The notes under the pieces were generated by a model. The model saw nothing but the letters and a program-made list of their open reading frames with translations, was not told where the DNA came from and made no database searches. Both the position numbers and the translations under genes were made by a program. Positions 10,658 to 19,827 of a stretch of 64,000 nucleotides of DNA are shown piece by piece. This DNA is from Bradyrhizobium sp. (GTDB lineage Bacteria > Pseudomonadota > Alphaproteobacteria > Rhizobiales > Xanthobacteraceae), in the NCBI RefSeq assembly GCF_022844465.1, contig NZ_JALHLP010000012.1:12694-76693 (forward strand), in the 5' to 3' direction. Every line of letters begins with the position of its first letter. Within the stretch, counting starts at the first letter, position 1.

Positions 10658-12448
10658 TTATGTTTGCGGCAGATTGAGCCGGATGTGAAGTTCGCGCAAC
10701 TGCTTGGGTGTCACCTCCGACGGCGCGCCCATCAACAGGTCTTCGGCCCGCTGGTTCATCGGGAAAAGAACGACCTCGCGCAGATTTTCCTCGCCACACA
10801 GCAACATGACGATCCGGTCGATCCCGGGTGCGATGCCGCCATGCGGCGGCGCGCCGAGCGAGAGCGCGCGCAGCATGCCGCCGAATTTGGCCTCCAGCAC
10901 ATCCTCGGGATAGCCCGCAATCGCGAACGCCTTCTTCATGACGTCGGGACGATGGTTGCGGATCGCACCGGACGACAGTTCGATGCCGTTGCAGACGATA
11001 TCGTACTGGATCGCCTTCAGGCCAAGCAGCGCATCGTTGTCGTTTGGATCGAGCGCGAGGAACGCCTCCGGCTCGATATTGGGCATCGAGAACGGATTGT
11101 GGGAGAAGTCGATTTTCTTCTCCTCCTCGTTCCATTCGTACATCGGGAAATCGACGATCCAGCAAAACTCGAAGCGGTCCTTGGCGACCAGGTTGAGCTC
11201 CTCGCCGAGCCTGGTGCGGGCAAGGCCTGCGAACTTCCAGAACTTCTCGGGATCGCCGGCGACGAAGAAGGCCGCATCGCCTTCCTTCAAGCCGAGCTGC
11301 CCGCGGATCGCAACCGTCCGCTCGGCGCCGATATTGTTGGCGAGCGGACCTGCTCCCTCGCCGCCCTCGCGCCACATGATGTAGCCGAGCCCCGGCTGGC
11401 CCTCGCCCTGCGCCCAGGAGTTCATCCGGTCGCAGAACGCGCGGGAGCCGCCCCCGGTGGCCGGAATCGCCCAAACCCGGTTCTTGGGGTCTTCCAGCAT
11501 CCGCGCAAACACCTTGAACCCGGAGCCGCGGAAATGCTCGGAGACGTCCTGCATCTCGATCGGATTGCGCAGATCCGGTTTGTCGGACCCGTACTTCGTC
11601 ACCGCCTCCTTGTAGGGGATCAGCGGAAACTTCGCCGTCACCGGCTTGCCGCCGGCGAATTCCTCGAACACCCCGCGCATGACAGGCTCGACCGCGCTGA
11701 ACACGTCGGCCTGGGTCACAAAACTCATCTCGACGTCGAGCTGATAGAACTCGCCGGGCGAGCGGTCGGCGCGCGCGTCCTCGTCGCGAAAACATGGCGC
11801 GATCTGGAAATAGCGGTCGAAACCCGCGATCATCGTCAGCTGCTTGAACTGCTGCGGCGCCTGGGGCAGTGCGTAGAACTTGCCGGGGTGCAGCCGCGAC
11901 GGCACCAGGAAGTCGCGCGCGCCCTCCGGCGAGGACGCCGTCAGGATGGGGGTCTGGAACTCGAAGAAGCCCTGATCTTTCATCCGCTTGCGGATCGAAT
12001 CGATGATCTGGCCACGCTTGATGATGTTCCGGTGCAGCCGCTCGCGACGCAGATCGAGGAAACGATACTTGAGCCTGATGTCTTCAGGATAATCCTGCTC
12101 GCCGAACACCGGCATCGGCAGATCGCCGGCCGGGCCCAGCACCTCGATCTCGCTGATGTAGATCTCGACCATGCCGGTCGGCAGTTCCGGGTTGTCGGTG
12201 CCTTCGGGCCGGCGGCGGACCTTGCCGTCGATCCGCACCACCCATTCCGAGCGGAATTTCTCGACGTCCTTGAACGCCGGAGAATCCGGGTCGGCGACGC
12301 ACTGGGTCAGCCCGTAATGGTCGCGCAGATCGATGAACAGCACGCCGCCATGGTCGCGGATACGATGGCACCAGCCGGAAAGGCGGACGGATTGGCCGAT
12401 GTCGCTCTCGCGCAGCGCGCCGCAGGTATGTGACCGGTAGCGATGCAT
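10658..12448 (-). CDS. aspS: Aspartate--tRNA(Asp/Asn) ligase
   Basis: [10 protein letters not shown] start, [26 protein letters not shown]. The H (RDHGG) and G (RPEG) residues fit the non-discriminating type. Confidence 0.97.
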   Translation of the reverse strand: MHRYRSHTCGALRESDIGQSVRLSGWCHRIRDHGGVLFIDLRDHYGLTQCVADPDSPAFKDVEKFRSEWVVRIDGKVRRRPEGTDNPELPTGMVEIYISEIEVLGPAGDLPMPVFGEQDYPEDIRLKYRFLDLRRERLHRNIIKRGQIIDSIRKRMKDQGFFEFQTPILTASSPEGARDFLVPSRLHPGKFYALPQAPQQFKQLTMIAGFDRYFQIAPCFRDEDARADRSPGEFYQLDVEMSFVTQADVFSAVEPVMRGVFEEFAGGKPVTAKFPLIPYKEAVTKYGSDKPDLRNPIEMQDVSEHFRGSGFKVFARMLEDPKNRVWAIPATGGGSRAFCDRMNSWAQGEGQPGLGYIMWREGGEGAGPLANNIGAERTVAIRGQLGLKEGDAAFFVAGDPEKFWKFAGLARTRLGEELNLVAKDRFEFCWIVDFPMYEWNEEEKKIDFSHNPFSMPNIEPEAFLALDPNDNDALLGLKAIQYDIVCNGIELSSGAIRNHRPDVMKKAFAIAGYPEDVLEAKFGGMLRALSLGAPPHGGIAPGIDRIVMLLCGEENLREVVLFPMNQRAEDLLMGAPSEVTPKQLRELHIRLNLPQT

Positions 12449-12640
12449 GGAATTCCCAAAAACAGATGCATGAGGCCAGAATCGGCGGCAAAAGCCGTTC
12501 CGAGTTGCGCAGGGTTTACCCGACGCGGCCGGGGGCGGCAACCAATGGCGGGGGCTGTTTCCTGCCCTCCAGGTGACATTTCCGGCCGCGTCTGACCTTG
12601 CCCCGTTTGCCTATTCCCGGGCTGTCCCTATCTTGGGGTC

Positions 12641-14116
12641 ATGACCTTGCATTTCCCGTTCCAGAACAGCTATGCGGCGCTGCCGGCGAACTTTTTCGCC
12701 CGCGTCGCGCCGACCCCGGTAGCTACCCCCCGGCTGATCAAGCTCAACCGGGCGCTTGCGGTCCAGCTCGGCCTCGATCCCGACTTGCTGGCGAGCCCGG
12801 AAGGGACTGAGATCCTGGCCGGAAAGCGCCTGCCCGACGGCGCCGATCCGATCGCCATGGCCTATGCCGGCCACCAGTTCGGCCATTTCGTGCCGCAGCT
12901 CGGCGATGGCCGCGCCATCCTGCTCGGCGAGGTCATCGACCAGGATGGCCTCCGCCGCGACATCCAGCTCAAGGGCTCCGGCCCGACGCCGTTCTCGCGC
13001 CGGGGCGATGGCCGCGCCGCGCTGGGGCCGGTGCTGCGCGAATACATCGTCAGCGAGGCGATGTTCGCGCTCGGCATCCCCACCACCCGCTCGCTCGCCG
13101 CCGTGACCTCGGGCGAGCGCGTCCAGCGTGAGACCATGTTGCCCGGCGCGGTGCTGACACGGGTGGCCTCAAGCCACATCCGCGTCGGCACCTTCCAGTT
13201 CTTTGCCGCGCGCGGCGACACCGATGGGGTGCGCCAGCTCGCCGACCATGTGATCGCCAGGCATTACCCGGATGTTGCGAACGCCGACCGCCCCTATCAC
13301 GCGCTGCTCGCAGGCGTCGTCGCCCGCCAGGCCGACCTGGTCGCGCGCTGGCTCCTGGTCGGCTTCATCCACGGCGTCATGAACACCGACAATTGCTCGA
13401 TCGCGGGCGAGACCATCGACTACGGCCCCTGCGCCTTCATGGACGACTACAACCCCGCGCAGGTGTTCTCCTCGATCGACGAGATGGGCCGCTACGCCTA
13501 CGCCAACCAGCCGCGGATCGCGCTGTGGAACCTGACGCGGCTGGCCGAATGCCTGCTGCCGCTGTTGTCCGACGACAACGACAAGGCGATCGAACAGGCG
13601 CAAGCCATCCTCGGCGAATTCGCCGAACAATTCAGCGCCGCCTATCCGGCCGGGCTGCGCCGCAAGATCGGTCTCTTCACTGCGCGCGATGGCGACGAGG
13701 CGCTGGTGCAGGATCTGCTGGATGCCATGGCGAAGAACCAGGCCGACTTCACCATCACCTTCCGCCGGTTGTCGGATGCCGCGGGCGATGGCGCCGGCGA
13801 CACGGCGAGAGATCAGTTCACCGATCCCGCCGCGTTCGACGAATGGGCCGCGCGCTGGCGCCGGCGCCTCGCCGAAGAGCCGCAATCCGCCGGCGAACGG
13901 CAGGCCGCGATGCGCGCGGTCAACCCGGCCTTCATTCCGCGCAACCACCGCGTCGAAGCCGTGATCCAGGCTGCGATGAACAATGACGATTACGCACCCT
14001 TCGAGGAATTGCTGACGGTGCTGGCGAAGCCGTTTGAGGATCAGCCGGTTTACGCGTCCTATATGGAACCGCCGCTGCCGGAGCAACGCGTGCTGCAGAC
14101 GTTTTGCGGGACGTGA
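12641..14116 (+). CDS. selO: Protein adenylyltransferase SelO (YdiU family)
   Basis: [44 protein letters not shown]-terminal TFCGT. Confidence 0.95.
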   Translation: MTLHFPFQNSYAALPANFFARVAPTPVATPRLIKLNRALAVQLGLDPDLLASPEGTEILAGKRLPDGADPIAMAYAGHQFGHFVPQLGDGRAILLGEVIDQDGLRRDIQLKGSGPTPFSRRGDGRAALGPVLREYIVSEAMFALGIPTTRSLAAVTSGERVQRETMLPGAVLTRVASSHIRVGTFQFFAARGDTDGVRQLADHVIARHYPDVANADRPYHALLAGVVARQADLVARWLLVGFIHGVMNTDNCSIAGETIDYGPCAFMDDYNPAQVFSSIDEMGRYAYANQPRIALWNLTRLAECLLPLLSDDNDKAIEQAQAILGEFAEQFSAAYPAGLRRKIGLFTARDGDEALVQDLLDAMAKNQADFTITFRRLSDAAGDGAGDTARDQFTDPAAFDEWAARWRRRLAEEPQSAGERQAAMRAVNPAFIPRNHRVEAVIQAAMNNDDYAPFEELLTVLAKPFEDQPVYASYMEPPLPEQRVLQTFCGT

Positions 14117-14120
14117 TTCT

Positions 14121-14206
14121 CGTAGGATGGGTAGAGCGTAGCGAAACCCATCAATACTTGCGTGGAGGCGGCGTGATGGGTTTCGCTGCGCTCTACCCAT
14201 CCTACG
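14121..14206. repeat. Inverted REP doublet (BIME-like)
   Basis: 33-nt arm CGTAGGATGGGTAGAGCGTAGCGAAACCCATCA (14121-14153) and its reverse complement (14174-14206) with one mismatch; 20-nt spacer. GTAG-headed palindromes are the REP hallmark. Confidence 0.85.
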
Positions 14207-14379
14207 TGCTGCTTCGCTTCGCGATAGGGTCACGACTTCGTCAAACTTCAATGTGATTGCAGTCCAATCGATGCTCTCTTCCTGCACATGGCCTGCGGAC
14301 AACATCTGCTACACCATCTTCAATCGATGTGACTCTTCCATCGATGTAAACGCTCGTCCTGTTCGGGAGAAACGTCACA

Positions 14380-14589
14380 ATGTCCACTGCGGAGCTCTTT
14401 GCGTCCACGATCTTGAGCGCTTTTGGGCAGGCGGAGGCTGAGCTTGTCGGCAAGTCCGTGGTCCTCACAGACGGAAAGGCGGGAACGGTGGAGAACATTT
14501 GGCTGGACGAGTTTCACGGTTTGCGGCTCTCAATCAAAGACCACGTTGGAAAGTGGCCTGTCTCAGCCGTAAAGTTTGTGCAGAAGTAA
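14380..14589 (+). CDS. Small PRC-barrel-like protein
   Basis: 69 aa, GGAGA RBS. ELVGKSVVLTDGKAGTVENIWLDEFHGLRLSI resembles the small Bradyrhizobium PRC-barrel-like family. Confidence 0.7.
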   Translation: MSTAELFASTILSAFGQAEAELVGKSVVLTDGKAGTVENIWLDEFHGLRLSIKDHVGKWPVSAVKFVQK

Positions 14590-14816
14590 CGGCAGAAAAC
14601 CCCGCCTTGACGCACTGATGGCTGGCACATGCGCGGCGGTCGGGACCCGTCGCGCTTCCAGGTCCCACTCAAGGGTTCCAACTCGGGCACGCCGTTAACC
14701 GCAATCCTTAAGCGCGCGTCCACCATCCGCCGACGCACTTTCGCCCCACTTTCGCAAGTTAAGCAGCCGTCAACGCGCTCCCGACAATTCTAGCGATCTA
14801 TCGGGGGAGAATTGCC

Positions 14817-14927
14817 GTGGACGCCTTTGCTTTCGAATTGATGGGACTGGGAATGATTGCGCTCTGCCTCGCGGTGCTTGCGATACCGTCGGGCCGGCGA
14901 CCCTCGCGGCACGTCCGCTACGAGTGA
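14817..14927 (+). CDS. 36-aa single-pass membrane protein (not in ORF track)
   Basis: GGGGGAGA RBS, GTG start, MDAFAFELMGLGMIALCLAVLAIPSGRRPSRHVRYE*. Hydrophobic helix followed by a basic tail. Confidence 0.6.
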   Translation: MDAFAFELMGLGMIALCLAVLAIPSGRRPSRHVRYE

Positions 14928-15112
14928 CGTCTTCTCGGATACCGTATTGTTCCGGGATTGGCAGTGACATGGGAGCCAGGGCCCGTTCGGCCTGAACCGC
15001 CGAAACCCGCAAAAATGCTGCCCGGCTTGCATGCAGGGCTGAATTCCCGTTCAACACCCTTGACATATCAACGCTTTCGGCAGAACGCCTGTCGAAAGCG
15101 TATGGATTGTTC

Positions 15113-16261
15113 ATGGACCTGATTGCCACCACTGCCGACCTTGCGGCCGCCTGTTCCCGACTGGCCCAGCACAAGGTCATCACCGTCGACACCGAGTTCC
15201 TGCGGGAAACGACCTACTACCCCCTGCTCTGCGTCGTGCAGATCGCCAGCGCGGACGAGGCCGTCGTGATCGACACCCTGGCCCCCGGAATCGACCTCAA
15301 GCCGTTCTTCGAGCTGATGGGCAACGAGGCGGTGCTGAAGGTATTCCATGCCGCGCGCCAGGACATCGAAATCGTCTGGCACCAGTCCGGCACCATTCCG
15401 CACCCGATCTTCGACACGCAGGTCGCCGCGATGGTGCTGGGTTACGGCGAGAGCATCGCCTATGACCAGTTGGTCGAGCGCGTCACCGGCCACCGGCCGG
15501 ACAAGACCCACCGCTTCACCGACTGGTCGCGGCGGCCGCTGACATCAGAGCAGATGCATTATGCGATCTCCGACGTCACCCATCTGCGCGACGTCTTCGC
15601 CGCCCTCGACGCCGACCTGAAGAAGCGCGGGCGCAGCGACTGGGTCAGCGAGGAAATGGAAGTCCTGACTTCGCCGCGCACCTACGACTTCCACCCCGAG
15701 CGCGCCTGGGAGCGGCTGAAGACGCGGGTCCGCAAACCGAAGGAACTCGCGGTGCTGATGGAAGTCGCGGCCTGGCGCGAGCAGGAAGCGCAAAGCCGCG
15801 ACGTGCCGCGCGGCCGGGTGCTGAAGGACGATGCGGTCAGCGACATCGCGACCCACGCGCCGACTACGCCCGAGCGTCTGGCCAATCTGCGATCGCTGCC
15901 GAAGGGCTTCGACCGCTCCAAATGGGGCAGCGACATCATCGCCGCCGTGCACCGCGGCCTCGCCCGCGACCAGGCGACGCTGCCGAAGCTGGAAAAGCCG
16001 CGCGGCAATTCCAATGGCGCTGCGACCGTCGAACTGCTCAAGGTGCTGCTGCGGATGACCTCGGAGCGCCACGCGGTCGCCAGCAAGGTGATCGCCACCG
16101 TCGACGATCTCGACCAGATCGCCGCCGACGATGCAGCCGACGTCGCCGCGTTGCGCGGCTGGCGGCGCGAATTGTTCGGCGAAGCCGCGATCGCGCTCAA
16201 GCACGGCAAGTTGGCGCTGGCGATCGAAAAAGGCCGCGTCGTCAGGGTCGACCGCGCCTAG
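15113..16261 (+). CDS. rnd: Ribonuclease D
   Basis: [47 protein letters not shown] domain. Confidence 0.95.
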   Translation: MDLIATTADLAAACSRLAQHKVITVDTEFLRETTYYPLLCVVQIASADEAVVIDTLAPGIDLKPFFELMGNEAVLKVFHAARQDIEIVWHQSGTIPHPIFDTQVAAMVLGYGESIAYDQLVERVTGHRPDKTHRFTDWSRRPLTSEQMHYAISDVTHLRDVFAALDADLKKRGRSDWVSEEMEVLTSPRTYDFHPERAWERLKTRVRKPKELAVLMEVAAWREQEAQSRDVPRGRVLKDDAVSDIATHAPTTPERLANLRSLPKGFDRSKWGSDIIAAVHRGLARDQATLPKLEKPRGNSNGAATVELLKVLLRMTSERHAVASKVIATVDDLDQIAADDAADVAALRGWRRELFGEAAIALKHGKLALAIEKGRVVRVDRA

Positions 16262-16360
16262 AGCGGGATGACTTTTCTTCGAATCGCCATTCCCGCTCTG
16301 GCCCTTTGTTTGCGCATGATCTCTTCGGAAAACCGCTACACACTTTTCCGGATCATGCGT
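16258..16360. repeat. Rhizobial intergenic mosaic palindromic element (RIME-like)
   Basis: Two hairpins: AGAGCGGGA/TCCCGCTCT (16260-16299) and CGCATGATC..CGGAAAA/TTTTCCG..GATCATGCG (16313-16359). Matches the common Bradyrhizobiaceae 'gcatgatc...ggaaaaccg...ttttccggatcatgc' repeat. Confidence 0.75.
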
Positions 16361-16417
16361 CAGGCAGCGCAGTCTGGCTCTGTTCACAATGCTGACGACG
16401 ATACGGATCGCTTACCT

Positions 16418-17113
16418 CTAGAATCCAAATGGCCAGCTCGCAAGCAAGGTCGTGGCCGCATCGGCCGCGACACGAAACAGCTCGGCGCCGAAGAAGAACA
16501 GCGCCAGCGTCCAAAGCAAAGCCAGGGCGACGATCACCATTGAGATCAGAACCGCCAAGCCGTCGTGGGCAATGAAACCGATCGCCGCCACGAGCAGGGC
16601 AATGGCGGGCAGCACGTTTCCGAAGGGAATCGGCAGCACGATGGTGACCGCCATGACCAGAAGCGGCGCAGCAAACGACATCCGCGCGCGGCGCCCGGTC
16701 AACCAGCTCAACCGGTCTTCATGGAGCGCCCGTTCGGGAACGCTGACGAGCGGCAGCGCGCGTCGGATCACCGCCCGCAGGAATTGGCGCGGGACGGCCC
16801 GCGAGCGCAGCCGCTCCGGCAGCCAAAGGCGGCTGGCGCCGAACATGATCTGCAGCGCGACCAGGGAAAGCAGGGCGCCAAAGACCATGCCGAAGGGACC
16901 CGGCACGGGGATGATGGTCGGCAATGTCAGCACGAGCAGCAACAGCCCAAGGCCCTGTTCGCCCATGTGGTCGACCAACGATCCCGCGGTGAGATCACGC
17001 TCGCGAAGCACGCGGGCGACATCCAGCAGCCGCCGCCCGACCGGTCCATGGCGATGACGTACCATCGAACGGGTGGCGGGCTGGCTCAGCTGCTCTTTCG
17101 CGAACCGCGTCAT
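16418..17113 (-). CDS. ExoD family membrane protein
   Basis: GLLLLVLTLP..IPVPG, LQIMFG..RLWLP and LPIPFGNVLPA motifs; ATG 7 nt after the terC stop. Confidence 0.85.
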   Translation of the reverse strand: MTRFAKEQLSQPATRSMVRHRHGPVGRRLLDVARVLRERDLTAGSLVDHMGEQGLGLLLLVLTLPTIIPVPGPFGMVFGALLSLVALQIMFGASRLWLPERLRSRAVPRQFLRAVIRRALPLVSVPERALHEDRLSWLTGRRARMSFAAPLLVMAVTIVLPIPFGNVLPAIALLVAAIGFIAHDGLAVLISMVIVALALLWTLALFFFGAELFRVAADAATTLLASWPFGF

Positions 17114-17120
17114 CGACGGT

Positions 17121-18131
17121 TCACGACTTGGCCGATCGGTTCTCCGCGATGTGATCGGGACCCGCGCCGCTGCGCGTCTTCCACAACGAATAGAGAACGC
17201 CGAGCGCAAGCAGGCCGAAGGTAACGCCAAGCGCCAGCGATGGCGGCACTTTATCCACCCCGAACAGGTCGGCTATGAAGACCTTCGAGCCGATGAAGAT
17301 CAACACGGCCGCAAGCGCGAACTTCAGATAGTGGAAGCGATCGACCATCGCCGCGAGCGCAAAATAGAGCGACCGCAAGCCGAGGATCGCGAAGATGTTC
17401 GAGGTGTAGACCACGAAGGGATCGGTCGTGATGGCGAATATCGCCGGCACCGAGTCGACCGCAAAGATCAGGTCGGCGATCTCGATCAGGACCAGCGCCA
17501 GGAAAAGCGGCGTCATAAACCATCGCAACCGGCCAGCTTTGTCCGGCAGCCGGACCAGGAAGCGCTCGCCGTGGAGCTGGTCGGTGACGTTGCCGTACCG
17601 TCGCACCCAGCCGAGCACGGGATTCGCGCCGACATCGAAGTTCTGATCCGCGAAGATCATCATCTTCACGCCGGTAACGATCAGGAACACGGCAAAGACA
17701 TACAACACCCAACTTGCCTGCGCGACGATTGTGGCGCCTAGCCCGATCATGATCGCGCGCAGAACGATGACACCGAGAATGCCCCAGAACAGCACGCGAT
17801 GCTGGTACAGGCGCGGAACCGAGAAATAGGCGAAGATCATCGCGATGACGAACACATTGTCCATCGCCAGCGCCTTCTCGACCGCAAACCCCGTCAGGTA
17901 GGCCATGCCCGGCTCGGCGCCGAGATACCACCAGACCCAACCGCCGAACGTGAGGCCGAGTGAAATATACACGGCGCTCATCACGAGGCTTTCGGTCACG
18001 CCGATCTCGCGGCTTTCCCTGTGCAGGATACCGAGATCGAAGATGAGAAGTGCGATGACGACGGCAACAAAGGCGAGCCACATCCAGGCAGGCTTGCCCA
18101 AGAAGTCTGCGGACAGGAAAGCGATATCCAC
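17121..18131 (-). CDS. TerC family protein, Alx-like subfamily (metal/Mn exporter candidate)
   Basis: FDLG, EKALAMDNVFV, QHRVLFWGILG..LR, IEIADLIFAVDSVPAIFAITTDPF.VYTSNIFAILGLRSLYF. Confidence 0.92.
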   Translation of the reverse strand: MDIAFLSADFLGKPAWMWLAFVAVVIALLIFDLGILHRESREIGVTESLVMSAVYISLGLTFGGWVWWYLGAEPGMAYLTGFAVEKALAMDNVFVIAMIFAYFSVPRLYQHRVLFWGILGVIVLRAIMIGLGATIVAQASWVLYVFAVFLIVTGVKMMIFADQNFDVGANPVLGWVRRYGNVTDQLHGERFLVRLPDKAGRLRWFMTPLFLALVLIEIADLIFAVDSVPAIFAITTDPFVVYTSNIFAILGLRSLYFALAAMVDRFHYLKFALAAVLIFIGSKVFIADLFGVDKVPPSLALGVTFGLLALGVLYSLWKTRSGAGPDHIAENRSAKS

Positions 18132-18167
18132 CGGAACAGTCCTCGATCGGCCGACGATTTCGAAAAC

Positions 18168-18218
18168 GATCCGACATCGTGAACGCGCCGACGGCCTTCA
18201 CCAGAGGAGCCCGGACCC
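18168..18218 (-). ncRNA. Candidate cis-regulatory RNA upstream of terC (sul1-motif-like)
   Basis: Minus strand GGGTCCGGGCTCCTCTGGTGAAGGCCGTCGGCGCGTTCACGATGTCGGATC: closing stem GGUCCGG/UCGGAUC and inner stem GUGAA/UUCAC, about 37 nt before the start. The CCGG..CCUCUG...GAUGUCG pattern recalls the alphaproteobacterial sul1 motif (from memory, unverified). Confidence 0.5.
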
Positions 18219-18504
18219 AAAAGGTTCCGTTCCAAATGGTGACGCTGCGCAGTTTCTTCAAGCCGGTGATTGCCGCAACGACCAAATGTAGCAGGCTCTT
18301 GCATCGGCATTCCCAATACCCAACATCCACCTGACGAACGCGCAGTTGGCGTTCCGATCTTGGGAGGCTCATCGCCAAGGCAAGCAAAAGTTCATGTACG
18401 ACATTGAAGATTTTTCCGGACCGGTTTTGGCGCGCTATGGCTCCGAACCAACACGCAAAGCTCATGGAACTGCGACGCTTTGCCTCGCGGCAGGAGGTCG
18501 CGCG

Positions 18505-18804
18505 ATGAAGCGTTGGTTCTGGATCGCGGCGGCCGCGCTTGCCGCCCTATGGTTGCTTCTCGCCTGGGGCACTTACGCGTTGATCGGTGCGATTGGCAGG
18601 ATGCTCGCGAGCAATTCCGACTGGGCGACCGGACACGCCGAAACCGTCGTATGGTTGTCCTGGCTCGCCAATCTCGCGACAAGCCTGGGCCTGTTCGGCG
18701 TGGTGTTGATCTGGGTCATCGGCCTGATCGTGATCGCGATCGTCCCGTCGCTGCTGTCCTGGTTCGCGCAACGGCGCTTCCCCGCGGGGCGACCCCGATG
18801 GTAG
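18505..18804 (+). CDS. Hypothetical two-helix membrane protein
   Basis: AGGAGG RBS, ATG 18505, 99 aa with two hydrophobic segments; overlaps the next gene by 7 nt. Confidence 0.75.
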   Translation: MKRWFWIAAAALAALWLLLAWGTYALIGAIGRMLASNSDWATGHAETVVWLSWLANLATSLGLFGVVLIWVIGLIVIAIVPSLLSWFAQRRFPAGRPRW

Positions 18805-19769
18805 CCGCCGACACATTGACGCGCCCGCAGGCGTTGCAACGACCGTGGTCTCCGCGCGGATGCAGGCTGCTCGTCGTGATCAACCGGCACAGCCGGTCCG
18901 GCGGTATAGCGGCAGGCGACGCGATCGCGCGACTGAGCGCCGCAGGATTCCAGTTGGAGGTCTTTTCGCCTGAATGCCCGACCGAGGTCTCACCCTGGAT
19001 CGAGGCCCATGCCGATGGCGCGGCCGCCGTTGTCATCGCCGGCGGCGACGGCAGCCTTAATGCAGCGGCGCCAGCGCTCGCTCGCACCGGACTGGCGCTT
19101 GGAATCTTGCCAACCGGCACCGCCAATGATCTCGCGCGAACCCTCGGCCTGCCGCCAACGATCGAAGCCGCCGCCGATGTCATCGCCGCCGGCCATAGGC
19201 GCCAGATCGATCTCGGCGACGTCAACGGCCATCTCTTCTTCAACGTCGCAAGCCTCGGACTCAGCGCTGAACTTGCCCGCCAGCTCAGCCGCGAGACCAA
19301 GCGCCGGTTCGGCCGCCTGGGCTATCTTCTCACCGCGATCAGGATCCTCTCCAGCTCAAGGCCGTTTCGGGCCATCATCGTTTCGTCCGAAGAGGCCGTG
19401 CGCGTCAGGACGCTGCAGATCGCCGTGGGCAACGGACGGTATTACGGCGGCGGCATGGCCGTCGAGCACTCCGCCGAGATCGACGATTCTCACCTCGATC
19501 TCTATTCTCTGGAGTTGTCGGGCGTCTGGAAGCTCATCGCCATGGCAAAGGATTTTCGTCTCGGTCGCCACGGCGCCTGGCGCGAAGTGCGCGCTGCGCG
19601 AGGGGCCTCTTTCGAAGTCCGGACCCGACGACCTCGCCCCGTCAATACCGACGGGGAATTGGTTACCTTCACCCCTGCGCGCTTTACGGTTCGGCCCAAG
19701 GCGGTAACGGTTATCGTCCCATCGCCCTCCGGGCCGCCACCGCCGGAGATTTCGGAAACCCCCGCCTGA
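18798..19769 (+). CDS. YegS/diacylglycerol kinase family lipid kinase
   Basis: VINRHSRSG, AGGDGSL, LPTGTANDLAR, IDLGDVNG, GNGRYYGGG, NTDGE. Confidence 0.9.
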   Translation: MVAADTLTRPQALQRPWSPRGCRLLVVINRHSRSGGIAAGDAIARLSAAGFQLEVFSPECPTEVSPWIEAHADGAAAVVIAGGDGSLNAAAPALARTGLALGILPTGTANDLARTLGLPPTIEAAADVIAAGHRRQIDLGDVNGHLFFNVASLGLSAELARQLSRETKRRFGRLGYLLTAIRILSSSRPFRAIIVSSEEAVRVRTLQIAVGNGRYYGGGMAVEHSAEIDDSHLDLYSLELSGVWKLIAMAKDFRLGRHGAWREVRAARGASFEVRTRRPRPVNTDGELVTFTPARFTVRPKAVTVIVPSPSGPPPPEISETPA

Positions 19770-19827
19770 TTCCTGCGCAGGTCTGGCGAACGCAATCCCT
19801 AAGACATCTATCGATGCAGCGAAACCG

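Noticed and set aside
8715-12433. Long plus-strand ORFs 8715..10688 (657 aa) and 10493..12433 (646 aa)
   Set aside because: Antisense shadows of maeB and aspS. High-GC codon bias suppresses stops on the opposite strand, and there are no recognisable motifs.
5445-14116. Selenocysteine recoding in the glutathione peroxidase or SelO
   Set aside because: Both have Cys at the relevant positions (SLCGF; TFCGT) and no in-frame TGA.
14695-14711. CtrA-like TTAA...TTAA
   Set aside because: The spacer is 9 nt rather than 7.
15545-16387. Minus-strand ORF containing HDPEKCVAVFRRDHAQ
   Set aside because: That peptide is the translation of the palindromic repeat at 16258-16360; the rest is antisense to rnd.
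18428-18442. Sigma-54-like TGGCGC...GGCT upstream of the kinase/ftsH operon
   Set aside because: GG-to-GC spacing is 9 nt, not the required 10.
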